Below, one piece after another: positions 9,859 to 18,435 of a stretch of DNA of 64,000 nt. The position numbers were made by a program, and so were the translations under genes. The stretch lies in sequence record NC_054915.1. One strand, 5' to 3'. Source of the DNA: Escherichia phage vB_EcoM_G8. The notes beneath the pieces are model-generated. The model was not told where the DNA came from. It ran no database searches and saw only the letters and a list, made by a program, of their open reading frames with translations. Each line of letters starts with the position of its first letter. Position 1 is the first letter of the stretch.

Positions 9859-11033
9859 TGAGTATGTTGCAACGCCCCGGATATCCAAATCTCAGCGTTA
9901 AATTATTTGATAGCTACGACGCTTGGAGTAATAATAGATTTGTTGAATTAGCTGCTACTATTACCACATTAACTATGCGGGATTCTCTTTATGGCCGAAA
10001 TGAAGGAATGCTGCAGTTTTATGATTCTAAAAACATCCATACAAAAATGGATGGAAATGAAATAATTCAGATTTCTGTAGCTAATGCAAATGATATTAAT
10101 AATGTTAAAACACGAATTTATGGATGTAAGCATTTTTCCGTGTCAGTAGATTCAAAAGGCGATAACATCATTGCTATTGAATTGGGAACTATTCATTCTA
10201 TAGAAAATCTTAAATTTGGTAGACCATTTTTCCCTGATGCAGGTGAATCTATAAAAGAAATGCTTGGTGTCATTTATCAGGATCGCACATTATTAACTCC
10301 AGCGATAAATGCTATAAATGCTTATGTTCCTGATATTCCATGGACTAGCACATTTGAAAACTATTTGTCATATGTAAGAGAAGTTGGTCTAGCTGTAGGA
10401 AGTGACAAATTTGTATTTGTGTGGCAAGACATCATGGGAGTTAACATGATGGACTATGATATGATGATAAATCAAGAACCATATCCAATGATTGTCGGTG
10501 AGCCATCTTTAATAGGTCAATTCATCCAAGAATTAAAATACCCATTAGCATATGATTTCGTTTGGTTGACTAAATCGAATCCTCACAAACGTGACCCAAT
10601 GAAAAATGCTACTATCTATGCGCATTCATTTTTAGATTCTTCATTACCAATGATTACTACAGGAAAGGGTGAAAACTCTATTGTAGTGTCAAGGTCAGGT
10701 GCTTATTCTGAAATGACTTATAGGAATGGATATGAAGAAGCTATTCGTCTTCAAACTATGGCACAATATGACGGTTATGCTAAATGTTCTACTGTCGGTA
10801 ATTTTAACTTGACTCCTGGTGTTAAAATTATTTTTAATGATAGTAAAAATCAATTTAAAACCGAATTTTACGTTGATGAAGTCATCCATGAATTATCCAA
10901 TAATAATTCAGTAACTCATCTATATATGTTCACTAATGCAACGAAACTGGAAACAATAGACCCAGTTAAGGTTAAAAATGAATTTAAATCTGATACTACC
11001 ACTGAAGAAAGTAGTTCTTCCAATAAGCAATAA
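9858..11033 (+). CDS. 27: Baseplate hub protein gp27
   Basis: 391-aa ORF, size and synteny as T4 gp27; stop overlaps gene 28 region. Confidence 0.9.
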   Translation: MSMLQRPGYPNLSVKLFDSYDAWSNNRFVELAATITTLTMRDSLYGRNEGMLQFYDSKNIHTKMDGNEIIQISVANANDINNVKTRIYGCKHFSVSVDSKGDNIIAIELGTIHSIENLKFGRPFFPDAGESIKEMLGVIYQDRTLLTPAINAINAYVPDIPWTSTFENYLSYVREVGLAVGSDKFVFVWQDIMGVNMMDYDMMINQEPYPMIVGEPSLIGQFIQELKYPLAYDFVWLTKSNPHKRDPMKNATIYAHSFLDSSLPMITTGKGENSIVVSRSGAYSEMTYRNGYEEAIRLQTMAQYDGYAKCSTVGNFNLTPGVKIIFNDSKNQFKTEFYVDEVIHELSNNNSVTHLYMFTNATKLETIDPVKVKNEFKSDTTTEESSSSNKQ

Positions 11034-11565
11034 AGAAGTTTCTATTCCTAAAATGGGTCTTAAACACTATAACATTTTAAAAGATGTTAAAGGTCCTGAT
11101 GAAAATTTAAAACTTCTTATTGATTCTATTTGTCCGAATTTATCACCGGCAGAAGTTGATTTCGTTTCTATTCATTTATTGGAATTTAATGGAAAGATTA
11201 AATCTCGTAAAGAAATAGATGGCTATACTTATGACATTAATGATGTTTATGTATGCCAAAGATTAGAATTTCAATGGCTATACTTATGACATTAATGATG
11301 TTTATGTATGCCAAAGATTAGAATTTCAATACCAAGGAAACACATTTTATTTTAGACCTCCTGGAAAATTTGAACAATTTTTAACGGTGAGCGATATGTT
11401 ATCTAAATGCTTACTTAAGGTCAATGATGAAGTTAAAGAAATTAATTTTCTTGAGATGCCAGCATTCGTTTTAAAATGGGCAAATGATATTTTTACAACT
11501 TTAGCAATTCCTGGCCCTAATGGTCCAATAACTGGAATTGGCAATATTATTGGATTATTTGAATG
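10978..11565 (+). pseudogene. 28: Gene 28 (baseplate hub distal subunit) interrupted by a 55-bp tandem duplication; 5' part 10978-11289 (103 codons, premature TGA), 3' part continues in +1 frame to TGA at 11563-11565
   Basis: ORF track shows ...QRLEFQWLYL* ; sequence after the second repeat copy reads YQGNTFYFRPPGKFEQFLTVSDM...GIGNIIGLFE* in the other frame and ends in ATGA overlap with gene 29; 99+78=177 codons without one repeat copy. Confidence 0.8.
11221..11330 (+). repeat. Perfect direct tandem duplication, 2 x 55 bp (GGCTATACTTATGACATTAATGATGTTTATGTATGCCAAAGATTAGAATTTCAAT)
   Basis: Copy 1 at 11221-11275 and copy 2 at 11276-11330 are identical by direct reading. Confidence 0.9.
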
Positions 11566-13335
11566 AAAAAGCCACAAGAAATGCAAACGATGCGTAGAAA
11601 AGTTATTTCAGATAATAAACCAACACAGGAAGCGGCTAAATCCGCTTCCAACACTTTATCTGGACTTAACGATATATCTACGAAATTGGATGATGCTCAA
11701 GCTGCTTCTGAATTAATTGCTCAAACTGTCGAAGAAAAATCGAATGAAATAATTGGAGCAATTGACAATGTAGAAAGCGCAGTGAGTGATACTACTGCCG
11801 GTTCTGAGTTAATTGCTGAAACTGTCGAAATTGGCAACAATATTAATAAAGAAATCGGTGAATCACTCGGGAGCAAATTAGATAAATTAACAAGTTTACT
11901 AGAGCAAAAAATTCAGACAGCTGGAATTCAACAGACGGGAACTAGTTTAGCCACGGTTGAAAGCGCTATTCCTGTTAAAGTCGTTGAGGATGATACTGCC
12001 GAATCTGTGGGTCCTTTATTACCAGCTCCTGAAGCAGTTAATAATGATCCTGACGCTGATTTTTTCCCTACCCCTCAACCAGTTGAACCCAAACAAGAAT
12101 CACCAGAAGAAAAACAGAAAAAAGAAGCATTTAACTTAAAATTATCACAAGCTTTAGATAAATTAACAAAGACAGTTGATTTTGGATTTAAGAAATCCAT
12201 TTCAATTACTGATAAAATATCAAGCATGCTATTTAAGTACACCGTCAGTGCTGCTATTGAAGCCGCTAAAATGACTGCAATGATATTGGCTGTTGTTGTT
12301 GGAATAGATCTGTTGATGGTTCATTTTAAATACTGGTCAGATAAATTTTCAAAAGCCTGGGATTTATTTAATACTGACTTTACTAAATTCTCTAGCGAAA
12401 CCGGAACGTGGGGTCCTTTATTACAGAGCATCTTTGGTTCTATTGATAAAATTAAGAAGCTGTGGGAAGCTGGAGACTGGGGCGGATTGACAACAGCTAT
12501 TGTCGAAGGACTTGGAAAGGTTCTTTTTAATTTAGGAGAGCTTATTCAACTTGGAATGGCTAAATTATCTGCGGCAATTCTTCGAGTTATTCCTGGTATG
12601 AAGGATACTGCTGATGAAGTAGAAGGAAGAGCACTAGAAAATTTCCAAAATACTACAAATGCTTCTCTTAGCAAAGAAGACCAAGAAAAAGTTGCAAATT
12701 ATCAATATAAAAGAATGAATGGCGATCTTGGTCCAATAGCAAAAGGGCTAGACAAAATTGCGAACTGGAAAACTCGTGCATCTAACTGGATTCGTGGTGT
12801 TGATAATAAAGAAGCACTAACGACTGATGAAGAGAGAGCAGAGGAAGAAGAAAAATTAAAGCAACTTTCTCCGGAGGAAGCTAAAATTGCTTTAATGAAA
12901 GCTAATGAAGCTCGTGCTGCTATGAATCGTTTTGATGAATACGCTAATTCAGCTGATATGAGTAAAGACTCAACGGTTAAATCAGTTGAAGCTGCTTATG
13001 AAGATCTTAAAAAACGGATGGATGACCCGGATTTAAATAATTCACCGGCAGTTAAAAAAGAACTTGCTGCTAGATTTTCTAAAATTGATGCTACTTATCA
13101 AGAGCTCAAGAAAAATCAGCCTAATGCCAAACCTCAAACTTCTGCTAAATCGCCAGAAGCGAAACAGGTCCAGGTTATTGAAAAGAACAAAGCACAGCAA
13201 GCTCCTGTTCAGCAAGCATCTCCTTCAATCAATAATACTAATAATGTTATTAAGAAAAATACTGTCGTTCATAATATGACACCTGTCACAAGCACAACTG
13301 CTCCTGGTGTATTTGATGCGACTGGAGTTAATTAA
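11563..13335 (+). CDS. 29: Baseplate hub / tail length determinator gp29
   Basis: 590-aa ORF, size and synteny as T4 gp29. Confidence 0.9.
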   Translation: MKKPQEMQTMRRKVISDNKPTQEAAKSASNTLSGLNDISTKLDDAQAASELIAQTVEEKSNEIIGAIDNVESAVSDTTAGSELIAETVEIGNNINKEIGESLGSKLDKLTSLLEQKIQTAGIQQTGTSLATVESAIPVKVVEDDTAESVGPLLPAPEAVNNDPDADFFPTPQPVEPKQESPEEKQKKEAFNLKLSQALDKLTKTVDFGFKKSISITDKISSMLFKYTVSAAIEAAKMTAMILAVVVGIDLLMVHFKYWSDKFSKAWDLFNTDFTKFSSETGTWGPLLQSIFGSIDKIKKLWEAGDWGGLTTAIVEGLGKVLFNLGELIQLGMAKLSAAILRVIPGMKDTADEVEGRALENFQNTTNASLSKEDQEKVANYQYKRMNGDLGPIAKGLDKIANWKTRASNWIRGVDNKEALTTDEERAEEEEKLKQLSPEEAKIALMKANEARAAMNRFDEYANSADMSKDSTVKSVEAAYEDLKKRMDDPDLNNSPAVKKELAARFSKIDATYQELKKNQPNAKPQTSAKSPEAKQVQVIEKNKAQQAPVQQASPSINNTNNVIKKNTVVHNMTPVTSTTAPGVFDATGVN

Positions 13336-13343
13336 GGAATAAT

Positions 13344-14438
13344 ATGGCAATTGTTAAAGAAATAACTACTGATTTAATTAAAAAGTCCGGTGAGAAAATT
13401 TCAGCCGGACAGAGCACTAAATCAGAAGTAGTAACTAAAACATACACTGCCCAGTTTCCAACTGGGCGTGCTAGTGGTAATGACACTACAGGGGACTTCC
13501 AGGTAACAGATCTGTATAAGAATGGATTATTATTTACTGCATACAATATGTCATCTAGGGATTCTGGAAGTCTTAGATCGATGAGATCTAACTACTCTTC
13601 TTCATCTTCGAGTATTTTAAGTACAGCTAGAAACACTATTAGTAGTACAGTATCAAAACTATCAAATGGATTAATATCAAATAATAATTCAGGAACAATA
13701 AGTAAAGCTCCTGTCGCAAACATTCTTTTACCGAGATCTAAATCTGATGTTGACACATCATCACATAGATTTAATGATGTTCAAGAAAGCCTTATTAGTA
13801 GAGGCGGAGGTACTGCTACTGGTGTGCTAAGTAATATTGCTTCAACCGCAGTATTTGGGGCACTGGAAAGTATAACACAAGGTATAATGGCTGATAATAA
13901 TGAGCAGATTTATACGACAGCCAGAAGTATGTACGGTGGCGCTGAAAATAGAACTAAAGTGTTTACATGGGATTTGACTCCACGTTCAACAGAAGATTTA
14001 ATGGCTATTATTAATATCTATCAATATTTTAACTATTTTTCTTATGGTGAAACAGGTAAATCTCAATACGCTGCTGAAATAAAGGGGTATTTAGATGATT
14101 GGTATCGTTCTACGTTAATTGAACCTTTATCTCCGGAAGACGCAGCTAAAAATAAAACACTATTTGAGAAAATGACAGCAAGTTTAACGAACGTTCTTGT
14201 AGTTTCAAACCCGACAGTTTGGATGGTGAAAAACTTTGGTGCAACATCTAAGTTTGATGGAAAAACGGAAATATTTGGTCCATGCCAAATACAGAGCATT
14301 AGATTTGATAAAACACCTAATGGTAACTTTAACGGATTAGCTATTGCTCCAAACCTCCCTAGTACATTTACTCTCGAGATTACTATGAGAGAAATTATCA
14401 CGTTAAACCGTGCTTCTTTATATGCGGGGACTTTTTAA
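13344..14438 (+). CDS. 48: Baseplate tail-tube junction protein gp48
   Basis: 364-aa ORF, size and synteny as T4 gp48. Confidence 0.9.
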   Translation: MAIVKEITTDLIKKSGEKISAGQSTKSEVVTKTYTAQFPTGRASGNDTTGDFQVTDLYKNGLLFTAYNMSSRDSGSLRSMRSNYSSSSSSILSTARNTISSTVSKLSNGLISNNNSGTISKAPVANILLPRSKSDVDTSSHRFNDVQESLISRGGGTATGVLSNIASTAVFGALESITQGIMADNNEQIYTTARSMYGGAENRTKVFTWDLTPRSTEDLMAIINIYQYFNYFSYGETGKSQYAAEIKGYLDDWYRSTLIEPLSPEDAAKNKTLFEKMTASLTNVLVVSNPTVWMVKNFGATSKFDGKTEIFGPCQIQSIRFDKTPNGNFNGLAIAPNLPSTFTLEITMREIITLNRASLYAGTF

Positions 14439-15361
14439 TGTATTCTTTAGAGGAATTTAATAATCAAGCAATAAACGCAGATTTCCAACGTAATAATATG
14501 TTTAGCTGCGTTTTTGCAACAACTCCATCAACTAAAAGCTCTTCGTTGATAAGTTCAATTAGCAACTTTTCTTATAATAACTTGGGCCTAAATTCAAATT
14601 GGTTAGGATTAACTCAAGGTGATATTAATCAGGGAATTACCACGCTAATTACAGCTGGCACACAAAAACTAATAAGAAAATCAGGAGTCAGTAAATATCT
14701 TATTGGTGCCATGAGTCAACGTACTGTCCAGAGTTTATTAGGATCATTTACAGTCGGTACATATTTAATCGATTTCTTTAATATGGCGTATAATTCATCT
14801 GGATTGATGATATATTCTGTAAAAATGCCAGAGAATAGATTATCCTATGAAACTGACTGGAACTATAATTCTCCTAATATTCGTATAACTGGGAGAGAAT
14901 TAGACCCTTTGGTTATTTCATTTAGAATGGATTCAGAAGCTTGTAACTATCGTGCAATGCAAGACTGGGTTAACTCCGTTCAAGACCCAGTAACTGGACT
15001 ACGTGCTTTGCCGCAAGATGTCGAGGCAGATATTCAGGTTAATCTTCATTCTCGTAATGGATTGCCTCATACTGCGGTGATGTTCACCGGATGCATTCCA
15101 ATATCAGTGAGCGCTCCTGAGTTATCATATGATGGAGATAACCAAATAACTACATTTGATGTTACTTTTGCGTATAGAGTGATGCAGGCTGGAGCAGTTG
15201 ATAGGCAAGCTGCGCTTGAATGGCTTGAATCTGCTGCTATAAATGGTATTCAAAGCGTTCTCGGAAATAGTGGAGGTGTTACTGGACTATCTAATTCGCT
15301 TTCACGACTCAGTAGACTAGGAGGAACCTCAGGAAGCATTTCAAATATTAGTATACTATGA
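14438..15361 (+). CDS. 54: Baseplate tail-tube initiator gp54
   Basis: 307-aa ORF, synteny with T4 gene 54 (T4 protein is about 320 aa by my recollection). Confidence 0.85.
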   Translation: MYSLEEFNNQAINADFQRNNMFSCVFATTPSTKSSSLISSISNFSYNNLGLNSNWLGLTQGDINQGITTLITAGTQKLIRKSGVSKYLIGAMSQRTVQSLLGSFTVGTYLIDFFNMAYNSSGLMIYSVKMPENRLSYETDWNYNSPNIRITGRELDPLVISFRMDSEACNYRAMQDWVNSVQDPVTGLRALPQDVEADIQVNLHSRNGLPHTAVMFTGCIPISVSAPELSYDGDNQITTFDVTFAYRVMQAGAVDRQAALEWLESAAINGIQSVLGNSGGVTGLSNSLSRLSRLGGTSGSISNISIL

Positions 15362-15402
15362 CAGGGATTGTCAATTCGCAGAGTAAAATATTAGGAGCAA
15401 TA

Positions 15403-15433
15403 TAACAACGGGGACCTTTCGGTCCCCATATTT
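15403..15433 (+). terminator. Hairpin GGGGACC-TTTC-GGTCCCC followed by ATATTTTTATTT
   Basis: Perfect 7-bp stem and U-run downstream of gene 54. Confidence 0.65.
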
Positions 15434-15724
15434 TTATTTGCGGAATGAAATGAAAGCAGAAACTGAAGCAACTAAACTGTCTTCAATATAAACTTCAATT
15501 TTTACCGGAGCTTCTGACTCAAATTTACCTGTTACTACACCCTGAAAAATACTTTCAGTCTGTTCTGGCTTTGAAAAATTTTCAGAAGGAAAAATTCCAA
15601 ACTTTTTATCTGTTCCGAAAATTTTGATAAATTCATCATAAACTGCTTCATTAAAAGCATTATCAGCAGGAATAACGCCTTCAACTACAAGTTCTTGACC
15701 TAAAAAGCGTAAAGAAGATTTCAT
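15434..15724 (-). CDS. Conserved hypothetical protein (alt-upstream region ORF)
   Basis: 96-aa ORF downstream of alt on the minus strand. Confidence 0.55.
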   Translation of the reverse strand: MKSSLRFLGQELVVEGVIPADNAFNEAVYDEFIKIFGTDKKFGIFPSENFSKPEQTESIFQGVVTGKFESEAPVKIEVYIEDSLVASVSAFISFRK

Positions 15725-15732
15725 TTTGTGTT

Positions 15733-15790
15733 CCTCATGTTATGTCAGTAAGACTACTATAACACAACACGAGGGACTTGTAAACTACAT
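15733..15790 (-). promoter_or_regulatory. T4 early-type promoter cassette (GTTTAC -35, about 17-nt spacer, TATAGT -10) - copy 1 of a 2-copy repeat
   Basis: Minus strand reads GTTTACAAGTCCCTCGTGTTGTGTTATAGTAGTCTTACTGACATAACATGAGG; near-identical copy at 28160-28225. Confidence 0.5.
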
Positions 15791-15960
15791 TTTGAACTTT
15801 TTAGTACGCGTAATAGGCATGCGTCGATTTTATACTGTTTCATTGTTTGAAGAGCAGTATCAAAAACAGCATTAATGACACCAATTGGATTTCCACCCAA
15901 GTTTTTAAGCTTAACTAATGATAGTTTCTCATTAACACCTATCATTACGATATGCATCAT
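15757..15960 (-). CDS. Alt N-terminal paralog, downstream fragment (67 aa)
   Basis: Translation MMHIV...TALQTMKQYKIDACLLRVLKS aligns to Alt residues about 63-130 (MMHIVPFTL...VAMQTMRQYKIDACMLRILKS). Confidence 0.5.
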   Translation of the reverse strand: MMHIVMIGVNEKLSLVKLKNLGGNPIGVINAVFDTALQTMKQYKIDACLLRVLKSSKCSLQVPRVVL

Positions 15961-16142
15961 TTTATCGCCCGGCTTAACGTTTTATTCGTATCACCGCCAG
16001 AGGTGTATGTACAAAATCTAAATCCAGGAAGCACGCTTTCTTCGCCGGCTTGAATAGCAAAAATTTGTGGTATTTTATGCTTAGGATTTAAGTTAACAGC
16101 CGGCGCCGAAGCGCCGTCAAATAATTCTGTAATAAGTTCCAT
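15957..16142 (-). CDS. Alt N-terminal paralog, upstream fragment (61 aa)
   Basis: Translation MELITELFDGASAPAVNLNPKHKIPQIF...CTYTSGGDTN aligns to Alt residues 2-55; out of frame with the downstream fragment. Confidence 0.5.
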   Translation of the reverse strand: MELITELFDGASAPAVNLNPKHKIPQIFAIQAGEESVLPGFRFCTYTSGGDTNKTLSRAIK

Positions 16143-16145
16143 GAT

Positions 16146-18197
16146 TTATCCTTGAACGAACTTGTAAGGCATGTTTGCAATATCTATGCAAGACGCAATA
16201 ATTCCAAGAGATGATTCTACTTTCTGTTTAACATTTGATGAAACAAATGATGCAAAGTCAACTCTATCTTCTATATCACCTGTCATTGTAACCAATTCAC
16301 CAGTTTCCATTAAACGGTCACCGTCATAAATTACCGATTCGGTGAGTTCTTCTGTGGTCATAACTTCAGCTTGAATAAGCTTGTTGTTAGTTCTAACTGT
16401 TCCATCGTTGTAAGATGCATCGGTTATTTTATTAACTTTGACCATTAATCCACGTGGCAAAATGACTTCCATTTCATTTGAAGGCGCTAAACTTCCACCG
16501 GGTAAAACAACATTGACCTTATCAGCCCCAGTAATAACCCATCCAATTCCAACTAAATTATCACTAGAATTTACAAGTCCTTCATCAGTTTTATCAATAG
16601 AAACACTTAAACGCTTTTCGTCTGGTAAAACACCCACAGATGAATCAGTCATCCAAGTACCAAAAATATTTGGATATAATGATGTTGACACAAAGTTTCT
16701 AAAATAAAAAACTCGATTTTTTACCATTGCTTCATATATTGAAGGTAACATTCGTTGTGAACGATACAAAGTAATACCTTTTGGTAATCGTTCACCATTT
16801 TTAAAGGCTGAATCTAAATTATCAATGGCTTGTTCTATTTCAGGTGCTGTTAAAATACTTGTACGCTCATCTGGATTATATAATCCCAAAAGAGCATTAT
16901 TCATGTCTACATATCCTGAACCTACATATTCACGAATTCCGCGTTTTTGCGCTGGTGTGTATTTAGATGAATCTTTATTTTCGACTATAGGATGTAATGA
17001 CCATCCAGCGGTAAGAGCATATCCACGTAATTCTCTTCGAATAATCTTTGTTTTTATTGCATTCCAAGAATTTTGTACTAACTCATTTGCAGCATCTTGG
17101 TTTAAATGCGAATGTCTGTTAATATTTCTTTCAAACCAAGCACCTTTATATTTTTCTAAAGTATCATCAACTATAGAAGCAATAGTTTCTAAAGTTTTTA
17201 TTGAAGTAATAGATTCTTTTCGTAATCTTTCTAAAGCTTTATTTTTTATTTCTGCATTAATAATGGATTCTTTATCTTCAGGAATTATAGAAGCTTCTCT
17301 GAATGCCATTCCAGCTGTAACACTACTAAGAGCATTCTCTAATGCAAATCCTGAAGTAGAAATAACAGTTAATTCATTAGCGTCAGAAATTAAAGGAGCG
17401 TCCGCTGGTTTATTTAATTCTGCCGCTGAAGCCTCAAATTTTTGAAACATCGGTGTTTCAAATCTAGAAGATTCCAATGACTGACTTTGTGCAATTGCTC
17501 TACGGGAAATTTTAACTTTAACGATTACAGCTTGGTCAGAACGTTTATCATTTTCTTGTGCAATAGATGCTGCAATTGCCTCATTTTTAGTTACTTGAGC
17601 TCCAGTATCTTTATTGATATAAACATCACCGACCTTCGATTCAACTTTAGTAAAGAGCTCGGTACTAATTTCCGGAACCCCTGGAATGTCTTCTAGTGAT
17701 ACATTTTTGCGATGTATAAGAATATATGCATACTTTTTATCATAATCCCAGAGTTCCTTAAGAAGGACGTATCTGCCACCTGAACGACTACGGATAAGTC
17801 TATCAGCAATAACTTGAATTTGTCGAGCTTGACCGGCGGTTTTAGACTTAAGAATACGAAGCATACAAGCATCAATTTTATACTGACGCATTGTTTGCAT
17901 TGCAACAGTAAAAACCGAATTGATATAATTAATTGGGCTTGGACCAAGACCTTTCAATTTAGCAATTGAACCTTTAGCGGTTAATGTAAAAGGAACAATA
18001 TGCATCATTTTATCGCCCATCTTTAAATCACGATTAGTATCACCTCCAGATGTATAGGTACATAAACGAAAGCCTGGTTGTTCAATTGCGTCATCAACAT
18101 GAACTGAAAAAATTTGCGGTATTTTCTTCTTTGGATTTAAGTTTGTAATCGGAAGAGTAGTATCTTCGTCAAATAATTCTGTAATTAGTTCCATCAT
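16146..18197 (-). CDS. alt: Alt ADP-ribosyltransferase (packaged internal protein)
   Basis: 683-aa ORF, size and synteny as T4 alt (about 682 aa). Confidence 0.9.
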   Translation of the reverse strand: MMELITELFDEDTTLPITNLNPKKKIPQIFSVHVDDAIEQPGFRLCTYTSGGDTNRDLKMGDKMMHIVPFTLTAKGSIAKLKGLGPSPINYINSVFTVAMQTMRQYKIDACMLRILKSKTAGQARQIQVIADRLIRSRSGGRYVLLKELWDYDKKYAYILIHRKNVSLEDIPGVPEISTELFTKVESKVGDVYINKDTGAQVTKNEAIAASIAQENDKRSDQAVIVKVKISRRAIAQSQSLESSRFETPMFQKFEASAAELNKPADAPLISDANELTVISTSGFALENALSSVTAGMAFREASIIPEDKESIINAEIKNKALERLRKESITSIKTLETIASIVDDTLEKYKGAWFERNINRHSHLNQDAANELVQNSWNAIKTKIIRRELRGYALTAGWSLHPIVENKDSSKYTPAQKRGIREYVGSGYVDMNNALLGLYNPDERTSILTAPEIEQAIDNLDSAFKNGERLPKGITLYRSQRMLPSIYEAMVKNRVFYFRNFVSTSLYPNIFGTWMTDSSVGVLPDEKRLSVSIDKTDEGLVNSSDNLVGIGWVITGADKVNVVLPGGSLAPSNEMEVILPRGLMVKVNKITDASYNDGTVRTNNKLIQAEVMTTEELTESVIYDGDRLMETGELVTMTGDIEDRVDFASFVSSNVKQKVESSLGIIASCIDIANMPYKFVQG

Positions 18198-18218
18198 ATC
18201 CTCTCTAGTGTTTATTCT

Positions 18219-18246
18219 ATTTATAAAATTAAAGGCCCGAAGGCCT
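18219..18246 (-). terminator. Hairpin AGGCC-TTCG-GGCCT with U-run upstream of alt
   Basis: Minus strand reads AAAGGCCTTCGGGCCTTTAATTTT. Confidence 0.5.
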
Positions 18247-18435
18247 TTAGTAATCTAGTGGTAAGAGAGTACGATATATTTCAAACTTTGGTCCTTTTTC
18301 ATAGGCATCAAATGTTTCTGTGAATTTATTATAAGCGTATGCATCTACAAATTCGAGAATGACTTGTGATACAGAAGTAGAAACATCTCCACCTTCTTTT
18401 TGAGCAATGACAATTGTTTCTAAGTAAGCTTTCAT
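18247..18435 (-). CDS. Small hypothetical protein between gene 30 and alt
   Basis: 62-aa ORF whose start overlaps the gene 30 stop. Confidence 0.5.
   Translation of the reverse strand: MKAYLETIVIAQKEGGDVSTSVSQVILEFVDAYAYNKFTETFDAYEKGPKFEIYRTLLPLDY

Noticed and set aside
14438-15405. Possible C-terminal frameshift in gene 54: the ORF is 307 aa while I recall T4 gp54 as about 320 aa, and a 15-codon open stretch (MTGIVNSQSKILGAI) follows in another frame up to the terminator
   Set aside because: The alternative frame is blocked by a stop at 15349-15351, so only an indel within a 6-nt window could join them, and I cannot verify the T4 length or C-terminus without a database. Evidence too weak to call.
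16438-17696. Plus-strand ORFs of 69-206 aa inside alt (16438-16707, 16825-17445, 17487-17696)
   Set aside because: They lie antisense to the 683-aa alt gene, lack RBS context and are most likely shadow ORFs.
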